In this document: positions 28,002-37,487 of the stretch, one piece after another | Numbering within the stretch: position 1 is the stretch's first letter | Layout of the letters: each line of letters begins with the position of its first letter | From: Escherichia phage Mt1B1_P17 | Reading direction: 5' to 3' (one strand) | DNA length: 64,000 nucleotides | Sequence record: NC_052662.1 | Made by a program: the position numbers and the translations under genes | The notes under the pieces: model-generated | The model's database searches: none | What the model was told of the DNA's origin: nothing | Seen by the model: the letters and a program-made list of their open reading frames with translations, nothing else

Positions 28002-30026
28002 TTATCGTGTTACAACAACCATGTCCACGATATCACCCACACCAGGATACGTTAATTGCAAAATTGTTACTGCGTTAGCAGTAGTTGCTATTTCTGTATC
28101 ATTTAGTGCTCCATAAGACGCATCTAGTGTAACCGTGTGTCCCGTTGTATCTTGAATCAAATAAATCATTGCTGAAAACGCTTTAGGTTTTGTAGAGCCA
28201 GTGACACCAGGCCATGCTCCAACTGTCAGAGCGTCAGTTACTGTAACAACATACATATTGGAAGTTCCAGAAGGAGTCCAAGATGCTCCAGAGTTGGCAG
28301 TAGTTGTTTCAAGTTCCATGAAACCTGCTGTAACTTTAGTTGGTGTTATAGCTTCCGTAGGATCTGATCCTGATATTTCGATCCAGTTTCCATCAGAACG
28401 ACCATACGTCAAGCCGTCTTGAGGGGCTTCTGGTATACTAGGAAGAGTTCCTATAAGCGTCCACGTAGAAGAATCTGTTTTCTTAAACACTGCTCCAGTG
28501 GTAGTATTGAAGGCGTAATCATTGATAACACCGTCTCCTGCGACTGGATTAGTTGTTGCTACAAACCACTGTGCGCCGTCCTTACCGTTGGTCCCATCAG
28601 TACCGTTGGTTCCGTTTGTTCCAGGATCACCCTTATCTCCTTTATCCCCTTTTTCACCTTTGTCGCCTTTAATACTTCCCATGTCAACAAAAGATGCGGA
28701 ATTGGTGTCTTGATCGTAGGTATAGATGTAAAGATTACTAGTGTCTTCAGTTAAGTAAGCATCACCATAGTTATTGTAAACAGGGAGAGCTTCACTGTTC
28801 GGAACATGACCTTTAGCTGTAATTGATGTTCCTCCAAGACTGCCAACATTCATCCATTCCGTAGCATCTTGGACCCAAACATACAAATCATTATTAATTT
28901 TATATGCATCACCTACTTCTCCAGTCGGAGGAAGTTCAGCTTCGCTGTTCAGAACCCCGATAATCTCTAAGCCTGATCCTGTTGCACCAACTGGTCCTTG
29001 TGGACCTAATTCACCTTGTGGACCTTGCTCTCCTTGATCACCCTTGTCTCCTTTTGGACCTTTAAGCGAGGCAATGAAATCTACTTCTGTCCCTTCATTA
29101 CCAGCATCCAGCCAACTTTGATATGCAGATTTCCCTTCATCTCCATCTGTTCCATCTAGACCGTCTTTACCTGCCTCACCTTGTGGACCTTGAGGACCAA
29201 CAATATTACCCATGTTGACCCAAGCTGTCCCATTGGAGACATAAAGATTACCATTGATAGAATAAGCTTGGCTTACGTTTTCAGAGTTAGGTTGTGGTAA
29301 GTTACTTGTAGAAGGCAAATCCCCACGATAATCAAAACCGTTGGCGTTAACACCAGGTGCTCCCTGTGGCCCTGTAGGACCAACATCGCCTTTATCACCT
29401 TTTATAGAGGTAAGAAAATCATAAACAGATCCTGTATTACCATCTGCCAACCATACCTCGTAAGCTGATTTACCTTCTGGCCCAAGAGAAGAAATAAGTT
29501 TCCAAACAGAACCATCCCAAGCGTAGATTACATCACCTACGATATAACCATCCCCTGCAACGTTACCTGTAGATGGTAGTTCACTAGTGCTTGCTAATGA
29601 TCCTTTAATATTAAGTTGAGCACCAGTGTCCCCTTTCAAAGAAGCAAGCCATTGTGCTTCTGTTCCAACAAAACCATTATCAAGTGCGATCTGATAAGCC
29701 GATTTACCAGCTTCAGGTATTGTTTCCGACAGATCATCAATCTGTTGCTGCATTGCCGTAAACTTGGCATTGATAATTGCTATATCATCGGCGGTCCCAA
29801 CACTTTGCCATGCAAGGGAAGAAATACCACCTGTGGTGGCTGGCGTAGAGTTTGCTGGAACTACTTTAGGAAAAGTTCCTTTCCATTGGTAATAATTCCC
29901 TTCTGCTGCTAACAGCAAAACTTCACGGGAATTACGTAATGTAAAACCTGCCTCAAAGCTGCGACGTTTTCGATAAGTAGCTTCTACCAGATCGGCTATC
30001 GCACTATTAGGTCTTGTTAAATTCAT
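28002..30026 (-). CDS. Collagen-like repeat tail fibre protein
   Basis: Multiple G-X-Y runs such as GPKGDKGDQGEQGPQGELGPQGPVGATG and GDKGEKGDKGDKGDPG. Confidence 0.55.
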   Translation of the reverse strand: MNLTRPNSAIADLVEATYRKRRSFEAGFTLRNSREVLLLAAEGNYYQWKGTFPKVVPANSTPATTGGISSLAWQSVGTADDIAIINAKFTAMQQQIDDLSETIPEAGKSAYQIALDNGFVGTEAQWLASLKGDTGAQLNIKGSLASTSELPSTGNVAGDGYIVGDVIYAWDGSVWKLISSLGPEGKSAYEVWLADGNTGSVYDFLTSIKGDKGDVGPTGPQGAPGVNANGFDYRGDLPSTSNLPQPNSENVSQAYSINGNLYVSNGTAWVNMGNIVGPQGPQGEAGKDGLDGTDGDEGKSAYQSWLDAGNEGTEVDFIASLKGPKGDKGDQGEQGPQGELGPQGPVGATGSGLEIIGVLNSEAELPPTGEVGDAYKINNDLYVWVQDATEWMNVGSLGGTSITAKGHVPNSEALPVYNNYGDAYLTEDTSNLYIYTYDQDTNSASFVDMGSIKGDKGEKGDKGDKGDPGTNGTNGTDGTNGKDGAQWFVATTNPVAGDGVINDYAFNTTTGAVFKKTDSSTWTLIGTLPSIPEAPQDGLTYGRSDGNWIEISGSDPTEAITPTKVTAGFMELETTTANSGASWTPSGTSNMYVVTVTDALTVGAWPGVTGSTKPKAFSAMIYLIQDTTGHTVTLDASYGALNDTEIATTANAVTILQLTYPGVGDIVDMVVVTR

Positions 30027-30062
30027 TTATCTCTCCTATCATTAGACCATTCTATTGGAAGA

Positions 30063-30080
30063 AGAGGGGGAAATCCCCCT
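30063..30080. repeat. Palindromic GC hairpin element, copy 2
   Basis: GAGGGGGA-AA-TCCCCCTC between fibre genes; matches 11742..11761. Confidence 0.5.
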
Positions 30081-30088
30081 CTATTCCA

Positions 30089-33000
30089 TTAGGTTGTTGG
30101 CACATCTACTACTGGCGTTGGGCGAATAACCGCAGTATTACCTACAGAAACATTACTGGAATCATTAGGTATGGTTTTAATTCTAACTCCAGCACTTGTA
30201 GGCGTTACAATTGGATCTGCAATGTCTATTTTAACTGGGTTAGTCCACGTATCATTATCTTGATAAGGTGCACGAGTAATAACTGTGTCCAAATCTGCTC
30301 CACCTACGCCAGCACCAGGAATACGGATACGTGTCCCTGCTGACAGAGGGTAATGATACAACCAAGAAGCATTTGTTGCTGTCCCGTTAGGAGTCAAGTT
30401 CTGTGTCAGGAAGGTATCTCCTGCCTGTGTAGCTCGAATACCGAAAGCTGGGATATCTGGAATATATGCCCCACTTGTTGTTACAAGGAAGAACGTATTA
30501 TCCGCCTTGACTATCATATCACCTTTGTCAAACTCTTTCCCTGTTGGGAAATGCATTCCATCAATGTTTCGACTAGGATTAGGCTCTAAGTAATAAACTT
30601 TGCCAGTTGTTCCTACAATAGCTCCAATACCACCTGCGATATTGGTATACATATTAGCTTCAACATTACAGTTGACACGATGAATATCCGAGTAACGGCA
30701 ACGGCTCCACTGTGGACGACCAGTAACCATCGTCTTGCCATCTGGGTAACAGTTTACGTTAACCATTTCAAGAACAGATTTTTCTCTACGGAAGAATCCA
30801 TCATAAAATGTCCCTGGACCAGATTCAGGTTGACCAACACAATCGAAGATATTACAGGTGATGTTAGACATTGAAAGCCAAGAAGCTATACCGAACAACT
30901 GCAATGCAGCGCAACGAATATTTTCAAAGCTAACTCTGTTTTCATAACCTGGCCCAGCGGAAACTCCTGCAAAAACACGCCCAGTTTTGGTGTGAATATT
31001 ACGAACAGAATAGTTAAAGCATGGGTTTGAAGGTCTACCCTGTGCCGGAACTACCGGATTACCCTCTTCGTCCAGAACTGCGTTAGTTCCCCACTCCAAA
31101 TAAATCATACGGATATTACTTGCAAGTGTGCTACCGTCTGTTTTAGGCTCTCCGTAAACACCGTCAATCGTAAAATCTTTACTTCCATACATTACAACTG
31201 CGCCAGTTGCCAAACCTGTCCCAACAGATACGGTTTGATCTGGATCGCCATGAATGTTTTCGATAGAGATATTACGACCAACTTCTACGTGGACAATCTG
31301 ACGACAACGTTTTGCAAAAACGTTACGAATTGTAATATTCTTGCAATATTGATCATCAGGGATTCCGTAACCATATGGTCCTTTACCAGCTACACCGATA
31401 CCGATACCCCAGTTGGACAGAGGAATAGGAGCGTTAGTCCCATCGATATTAGACAGGTAAATATTCTCAATCACACAACCATCGTCATAATGTTTATTGA
31501 TGACGTTCAGTTCTATTGCATCACCTTGCATGTCCATGAAGGTAAGGTTACGGAAGACACCACGTGTTACTGGTTCCCCTGTTCCTTGTTGAAGGATGCC
31601 ATACAACCCGTTTTTAAAAGTACAGTTATCAATTTCAAAAGTACCTGATATTGGGTTGCCTTGGAATACCAAGCTACCAACTTGACCTGGGCGAGGAGCA
31701 CCGTCCCACAAACAATCGAACATGCGCACAGCACCACCCCAATACATAACACGAGAGTTACGGAAAGTTGTGCCTTCTACTGTAGCATTCTGCACACGAT
31801 AGTCGCGTTGACCACGGAACACACCACCACGCAAAGTGATATCTTGAATATCAAAAGAGCTTGTCGTGAAAGTCATATCGCAACCGTAAGCATCGAGAAT
31901 CTTACTTTTCGAAGCTTTTGCTGCTAACAGTGCCGCCTGGAAAGCTGCTTCTGGTGTGGTATAGGTAGTTTTATTGTTAGCAAATTCTGACAAGTAGACA
32001 ACATCGAATAAATCGTTGTATGTTCCACCACGAGGGGTTAACAGTCCTTCTGTATTGGTCAGAACCCATGCGTTTGGACCTAATCCACCGCTTGTCTCTA
32101 ATGTGTCAGAGGCCAAAATACTTTTTGGTAAACTTCCAGCCCAACGATAACGACCAGCACCACGTCCAATCGTCTGATTTTTAGCTGTCAGAGTTACATT
32201 ATTACCAAAGCTTGTAGGCAAATGGACAAACTGTCCACGTTCAACAGCTAGTGCAGAAAGATCTACAGACCCTCCAGAATAAGTCATTACTCCAGAAACA
32301 GACAAAGATGTTAAAGTTCCTGTGATGTTAGGAGGTAATGTGTAGGAAGACTGTGCTACCGGATCATACAGAGCTTTAATCCCTGTTAACGATTGACCTG
32401 CTGTTGCGTAAGCCACCTCATTATCTAACAAACCATATTTACGAGCAATAGTTTGCAGAGGGACTTTATCCATGCTTTCTGTTAGTTCTTCCGTTTTTGT
32501 TTCTAAACTAACAAGACGGTTCTCTAGATTAGGATCTGTATCTGCTGAAGCTACGATTTTACCAATATAAGCAAAAAGCTTGTTTGGCAGTCCTGTTGCA
32601 GGATCGTGTCCCAAAGGTTCAGATAAGATGATCTTACTATCTTCTATACGGAAAGCTTCCCCCAGAACCTGAATAACACCATTGATCGTAACAATAGCAC
32701 TATCAAAGATGTAAGGAGGACTGATTACTGTTTCATAACCAGTTGCACCAGAATATACCCAAGGTGTGACTTCTGTTGCCAATTGTTCTGTCTTCAATCC
32801 CCACAATACCCAGTTGTTATCTCCTACTGGAGTACCTTGCATAGGGATTGGGTTTACCAATGTAGCATTAGGAGCATAATAATAACCGCTCAATACCCCA
32901 TTCTGAAAATAACGTAGTTGGTTAAAAACCGTTTCATTTGTGCCTTGCGCCCAATCCAATGGGCTTTTAAAGAAAAAGTTATCAACAAGGGCTTTTCTCA

Positions 33001-33142
33001 GGGTTGGTATCAACCCTGATTCTGTCTCAATACTTTCTGTCGCACTTCCATTAATAACATCATGAAGTTGATTGGACGAGAAAATAACCAGATCTACGCC
33101 CTGTTCAAGAGACGTTGCTGGATACGTTGGGAATGTTGCCAT
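30089..33142 (-). CDS. Large tail spike/fibre protein, probable parallel beta-helix
   Basis: 1017 aa; repetitive N/G/T-rich beta-strand segments typical of beta-helix spikes. Confidence 0.45.
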   Translation of the reverse strand: MATFPTYPATSLEQGVDLVIFSSNQLHDVINGSATESIETESGLIPTLRKALVDNFFFKSPLDWAQGTNETVFNQLRYFQNGVLSGYYYAPNATLVNPIPMQGTPVGDNNWVLWGLKTEQLATEVTPWVYSGATGYETVISPPYIFDSAIVTINGVIQVLGEAFRIEDSKIILSEPLGHDPATGLPNKLFAYIGKIVASADTDPNLENRLVSLETKTEELTESMDKVPLQTIARKYGLLDNEVAYATAGQSLTGIKALYDPVAQSSYTLPPNITGTLTSLSVSGVMTYSGGSVDLSALAVERGQFVHLPTSFGNNVTLTAKNQTIGRGAGRYRWAGSLPKSILASDTLETSGGLGPNAWVLTNTEGLLTPRGGTYNDLFDVVYLSEFANNKTTYTTPEAAFQAALLAAKASKSKILDAYGCDMTFTTSSFDIQDITLRGGVFRGQRDYRVQNATVEGTTFRNSRVMYWGGAVRMFDCLWDGAPRPGQVGSLVFQGNPISGTFEIDNCTFKNGLYGILQQGTGEPVTRGVFRNLTFMDMQGDAIELNVINKHYDDGCVIENIYLSNIDGTNAPIPLSNWGIGIGVAGKGPYGYGIPDDQYCKNITIRNVFAKRCRQIVHVEVGRNISIENIHGDPDQTVSVGTGLATGAVVMYGSKDFTIDGVYGEPKTDGSTLASNIRMIYLEWGTNAVLDEEGNPVVPAQGRPSNPCFNYSVRNIHTKTGRVFAGVSAGPGYENRVSFENIRCAALQLFGIASWLSMSNITCNIFDCVGQPESGPGTFYDGFFRREKSVLEMVNVNCYPDGKTMVTGRPQWSRCRYSDIHRVNCNVEANMYTNIAGGIGAIVGTTGKVYYLEPNPSRNIDGMHFPTGKEFDKGDMIVKADNTFFLVTTSGAYIPDIPAFGIRATQAGDTFLTQNLTPNGTATNASWLYHYPLSAGTRIRIPGAGVGGADLDTVITRAPYQDNDTWTNPVKIDIADPIVTPTSAGVRIKTIPNDSSNVSVGNTAVIRPTPVVDVPTT

Positions 33143-33145
33143 TAA

Positions 33146-33481
33146 TTACCCCTTATTCTGTGTACGTTTAACTATGTCATCTAGCATCATTTGGATAGTC
33201 GCATTCTTGAGGTCCATAATCTTTTCAATTTTTTGCTCAAGAGTGTTATTATTTGCCATTAATGTAGAGTTAATTTGATTTAGCATCTGGGTAAGTTCGG
33301 CTTTAGTTGCATAAGTTGATTCAACAAAGACCAACTTCTTCTCTAGCTCTCGACTTTTCTCCTCCATTTCCTCAAGATCAGAGCCGAATTTATCCATTTT
33401 TTGTTTGAAAAAGAACCAGATGACTCCGATTAAAGGGATTATTGCATCCTTTGCAAGTCCCCATGCTTCTTGAAATTCCAT
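33146..33481 (-). CDS. Membrane-anchored coiled-coil protein
   Basis: Hydrophobic segment AIIPLIGVIWFFF then charged helical region; function unclear. Confidence 0.35.
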   Translation of the reverse strand: MEFQEAWGLAKDAIIPLIGVIWFFFKQKMDKFGSDLEEMEEKSRELEKKLVFVESTYATKAELTQMLNQINSTLMANNNTLEQKIEKIMDLKNATIQMMLDDIVKRTQNKG

Positions 33482-33490
33482 AATGATCCC

Positions 33491-34036
33491 TTATTCCGTT
33501 GGTAATGTAGGCCAATCTATAGTGTAAGGATAGTCTTTTTGAAGCGGAACACGGTTTAGTTTAACCACATAAACTTGAAGATTTTTAAGATAAGCTAATT
33601 CATCTTCAGTAGCCATTTCTAAATCTTTAGCATACTGTAAAGGTGTTATAAGTGCTACCGCTGTTTCTTGTAAAGAGCGAATTTTTGCACTAGCTTGTGT
33701 CATCAACTCTTCACGGGAATACTCTTTATCCTTAAGAGTCAAAGTTTCTAAATCCAGAACCTTGTTTCTAATATCCTCAAAAGTGTCTATATTAAAGTCC
33801 ACTTGTGCTATAGAAAGATCTTCAGGGCAAAGTAATGTAGGATCAGTGTTCCAAAACACAATACGATTTTGATCGTCAAAAACGACTTTCATTTTATCGT
33901 TATTGAATTCTGTGCTACGTAAATCATACCAATCGTAACCTTGATCGCAACGAAGAAAAAGAATGTTCTCTACTTCTACCAATTCTTTTAGTTCGGGATC
34001 TTCGGGAATATATCTTTTAAAATTTGTAAATATCAT
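33491..34036 (-). CDS. Hypothetical protein (possible fibre assembly factor)
   Basis: ORF, 181 aa; position between fibre genes. Confidence 0.35.
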   Translation of the reverse strand: MIFTNFKRYIPEDPELKELVEVENILFLRCDQGYDWYDLRSTEFNNDKMKVVFDDQNRIVFWNTDPTLLCPEDLSIAQVDFNIDTFEDIRNKVLDLETLTLKDKEYSREELMTQASAKIRSLQETAVALITPLQYAKDLEMATEDELAYLKNLQVYVVKLNRVPLQKDYPYTIDWPTLPTE

Positions 34037-35098
34037 TTAGCCTCCGATATCGTACCAGTTTCCGTTAACGTTGCGCTGGAGGCGTTTGAAATAAACCCCA
34101 CCGATGTTATCCGCAGAACTACGCCCTGTTTCCTGGACAATAATACCAGAAAGAACATAACCAGAAGAACAGATATAAGTCCAAGAAACTTCGTTCCCTG
34201 GTGGATAATACACACCTTGGCTAGTGTAACGAATATCTCTTACAAAGGTTCCGTTAGCATAATTGTAGTTGTTTGTAATCTGACTTTGATGATTACTTTC
34301 TACATTGTTTATACGGGAAGAGAGGTTGCTGTTAACACTATTCAGGTTGTTTTGAACAGTGTTAATATTCGTCTGCAATGTGTTCTGAAGAGAAGTCAAA
34401 CGAGAGTTCAGATAATCTAAGCGAACTAAAGCATTTCCGTTAGAAGTATCTTGTCCACTATTTGATCTTGGACTGTCTATTAGAACATAACCTGCATCAT
34501 ATAAACGAACACCTGCTGATACACTACCTGTACTAGGATTTCTACGATAAATATAAAGCTGACCTCCACTTTGGTATTCGGCAGAAATCTCACCATTAGT
34601 TTGTCCTGCAAAGTTTTTGAAAAACAGTGTCGCAGGATCTGTTGTGGAAGTACCGTTAACATAAACATCACCACCATAAATAGCACCACCCGCATCACGT
34701 TTTACCAACACGTTTGGTGTTACTGTTGAACTAGTGGCATCTGTAATGTTTGCCGACAAGTGATTATGACTGTTATCTTGAACTTGGATAGATAAAGTAA
34801 CTTCTTTATTACCATTCCAAGTAGCCTCACCAGTAGCATCACCTGCCATTGTAATCTTAGTTCCAACTAAAGGCAAGTAAGTATCAGGTAAAGTTGGAAG
34901 AAAGTCATCCACCAAATAGCGAATCCATAAACCGATATTATTAAGAATCCAGTTCATTTCTTCGCAAGTCATGATTTGACCATAATCCATACCAACTGTG
35001 CGGATGGTTTCTTTAGGTCTAATTTTGTTTGTGTTTAAAGTTCCTGGGAGCGTTACAGTTTGTGTAGCCCAGTCAGGATAATATATTGGCTTCGCCAT
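34037..35098 (-). CDS. Tail fibre-like protein
   Basis: 353 aa, Asn/Ser/Thr-rich repetitive sequence; gene order. Confidence 0.4.
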   Translation of the reverse strand: MAKPIYYPDWATQTVTLPGTLNTNKIRPKETIRTVGMDYGQIMTCEEMNWILNNIGLWIRYLVDDFLPTLPDTYLPLVGTKITMAGDATGEATWNGNKEVTLSIQVQDNSHNHLSANITDATSSTVTPNVLVKRDAGGAIYGGDVYVNGTSTTDPATLFFKNFAGQTNGEISAEYQSGGQLYIYRRNPSTGSVSAGVRLYDAGYVLIDSPRSNSGQDTSNGNALVRLDYLNSRLTSLQNTLQTNINTVQNNLNSVNSNLSSRINNVESNHQSQITNNYNYANGTFVRDIRYTSQGVYYPPGNEVSWTYICSSGYVLSGIIVQETGRSSADNIGGVYFKRLQRNVNGNWYDIGG

Positions 35099-35107
35099 TT
35101 AAACTCC

Positions 35108-35737
35108 TTAATCTATTTGCTTGAGAAGCGTACACATGCGTCCTGTTTCATCCCCAGTAGATTCCATGTACAGGGAACCTAAACCACCAATACCATGAGG
35201 CGGTTTGGTAGCATAATAAGAACTAAAACCAAAAGCTGATCCTGCTTTTGCTCCAAGACGGTAGCTACTAATAATAGGGAAAACACTTAGCAACTGCTCT
35301 AAAGCTTGATCAGATTGAAGACACAGGTTGTAGAAAAACACATCAAAGGTTTTATTCAAACCTACGTAAGTATTAAGCGTTTCACGCTCTGTTCCTGTGA
35401 AACGGGCGAAGATATCAATTATGTCACCACGAGTCCCCGATGAGGCTACGCGGTAAGCCCTGATTTTTAATATTGTTCTATACTCTTCATCATCAGAGCC
35501 ATTACGTTCGATCCCCATTTCTTCTCCTAAGATATCTAGGTATTTGCCTGTGGCTGTGGAGATCAAGCGGTGTTTAGCAAGATAGATCATTGCCTGATCT
35601 ATCTTTTGCTTTTCACTGGATACGATGTAGAGGAGCTTGACAATGTTAGGAGAAGATTTAAAATCTTCAATCAGAAGGTTTTTAACGTCTTCATTGATAC
35701 TGGCCCAAGTTGTTACATGGTCAACACTCACTGCCAT
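35108..35737 (-). CDS. Virion structural protein (baseplate/tail module)
   Basis: ORF, 209 aa; gene order. Confidence 0.35.
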   Translation of the reverse strand: MAVSVDHVTTWASINEDVKNLLIEDFKSSPNIVKLLYIVSSEKQKIDQAMIYLAKHRLISTATGKYLDILGEEMGIERNGSDDEEYRTILKIRAYRVASSGTRGDIIDIFARFTGTERETLNTYVGLNKTFDVFFYNLCLQSDQALEQLLSVFPIISSYRLGAKAGSAFGFSSYYATKPPHGIGGLGSLYMESTGDETGRMCTLLKQID

Positions 35738-35739
35738 TT

Positions 35740-37227
35740 TTACACTCCATACTCGTAAGAAATGTTATCAAGGTCAAAAGAAGGGACAACATTATAAGCA
35801 GGAACTATATTATTCTCTGTATATTTACTGTCATCCTCAGTATTAAGTTTAACATAAACACGAAGAGAAGTCAAGCGTCCAAAAGCAAGTGCTGCATAAA
35901 TAACACCTTTGATTTGATCGTTCGTTACTGAAGAACCTAATTCAAAATAAGCTTGCAGGTTTTGTAAAGCTTCTACAATGTTTTGTTTTTCTGTTCCACT
36001 TAAAGTTGTTCCGTTGACAGTTTGATAAACAAGTTTTACGGAATATGTAGCAGAAGCACCAGGAGAAAAACGAATAATTTCTTGTCCTCCGTCTTCCGTT
36101 GTAACAGTTATGTTGGTTGTTCCATGTGTCAAACTGTTGATTGGTTTAGTTTTGTAAATAACTTCAGCAACTTCTTCAGCACTCCCTCCATAAACTATAG
36201 TCTGGAAAGTCATAGCCGGAGCATGTTCTTGATCATGTAACGTAGGGTTATCGTAAATCTTCACCTTAGTAACACCATCTGTAAGTAGCAGAGCTTTCAC
36301 AATAGCTGCTCGTGTCCCTGCGTTAGCTTCATCAACATTGTCATTGAAACGAGAGCGGAATTCTGCGTCTGTCTCAACATCTCGACCAGGAGAAAATGAA
36401 TAGAAGTTACCGCTGTCAAGATAACCTGTAAAGGTAGAAGATATTCCTGTAATAGACTCCACACCAACAGGATTGTATCCTTTCTCTGCTGCAACTACCG
36501 GAATCTCACTCCACTTGGTTCCAACCGGAACACTAGCATAAAATTTAATAGGAGTTACCAGTCCCACTGGAGTATCACTGGTTAAAGAAGTAAAACCAAT
36601 TGATAAGTTACCTGAATCAGAAAATACAAGACTACGATCAGCTTCTGTTAAATTTGCCTTGATAAAAGTTTCAAGATCGGTTATAAATGTAGAAGAACCA
36701 GGTGCAAGTGTTTTACTGTTTAGTCCTCCATCCACCGCACTTTGTGCATAAAAAGTAATATTTGGAACACCTGTAGCAGTTGCATTAGCACGAGAGATTT
36801 GATAAGCTGCAATCTTAGCATTCAACATAGTTGGTGTGCTAACATAATAGTTCATATCACTATCAGAGTTGAAGTAAATATCCGTGCCTAGCTCATAAGT
36901 CCAAGCTGCTTTGTTATTACTCTTAACATATGCATAACCTGTGCTTGCTGCTGCCCCTGCTCGATAGAAACCACGTTTAGAAAAGATTTCGTCAAGATAA
37001 ATACCTTCTGCACCATCCAGTGTTTGAGTATTATAGACCCCTTGCATACCTTCCCACAATGTGTAATCTGTGTATGCAATTATTCTAAACAGTTGTCCGA
37101 TCACAGTATCTTCCGAAGTGGCTGCATCTGCACCAAATGTGTTTTTTACTGCTGTCATATAGTTGTTTAGAACATCATCAAAAGTCGGGATTACAAACCC
37201 CGCATCTGTCAAACCATATTCATCCAT
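35740..37227 (-). CDS. Baseplate structural protein
   Basis: ORF, 495 aa; gene order in tail module. Confidence 0.4.
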   Translation of the reverse strand: MDEYGLTDAGFVIPTFDDVLNNYMTAVKNTFGADAATSEDTVIGQLFRIIAYTDYTLWEGMQGVYNTQTLDGAEGIYLDEIFSKRGFYRAGAAASTGYAYVKSNNKAAWTYELGTDIYFNSDSDMNYYVSTPTMLNAKIAAYQISRANATATGVPNITFYAQSAVDGGLNSKTLAPGSSTFITDLETFIKANLTEADRSLVFSDSGNLSIGFTSLTSDTPVGLVTPIKFYASVPVGTKWSEIPVVAAEKGYNPVGVESITGISSTFTGYLDSGNFYSFSPGRDVETDAEFRSRFNDNVDEANAGTRAAIVKALLLTDGVTKVKIYDNPTLHDQEHAPAMTFQTIVYGGSAEEVAEVIYKTKPINSLTHGTTNITVTTEDGGQEIIRFSPGASATYSVKLVYQTVNGTTLSGTEKQNIVEALQNLQAYFELGSSVTNDQIKGVIYAALAFGRLTSLRVYVKLNTEDDSKYTENNIVPAYNVVPSFDLDNISYEYGV

Positions 37228-37487
37228 TAGTCATCCTCTTTGGTAGATTGTGATCTGCCCCAGCGTAAATCAATAAGATTTTTCATGAGGCGAGAAGGGG
37301 TTATCATGAAAACAAAAGCCCAACCCATCCATTCAGGAATTTCTTTTTCTATTCCTAAAAAGATAAACATGCCCGTCATAACCGACATGCCTACAGCGTT
37401 CCAGACTTTTGTAGAGCTTACCCCGTTGCCAGGGTAAGTGCAGAACATTCCGCGAATAAATTTTTTAAAACCACTTTCTTTAGGCAT
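37227..37487 (-). CDS. Small membrane protein
   Basis: 86 aa with hydrophobic helix VMTGMFIFLGI. Confidence 0.3.
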   Translation of the reverse strand: MPKESGFKKFIRGMFCTYPGNGVSSTKVWNAVGMSVMTGMFIFLGIEKEIPEWMGWAFVFMITPSRLMKNLIDLRWGRSQSTKEDD

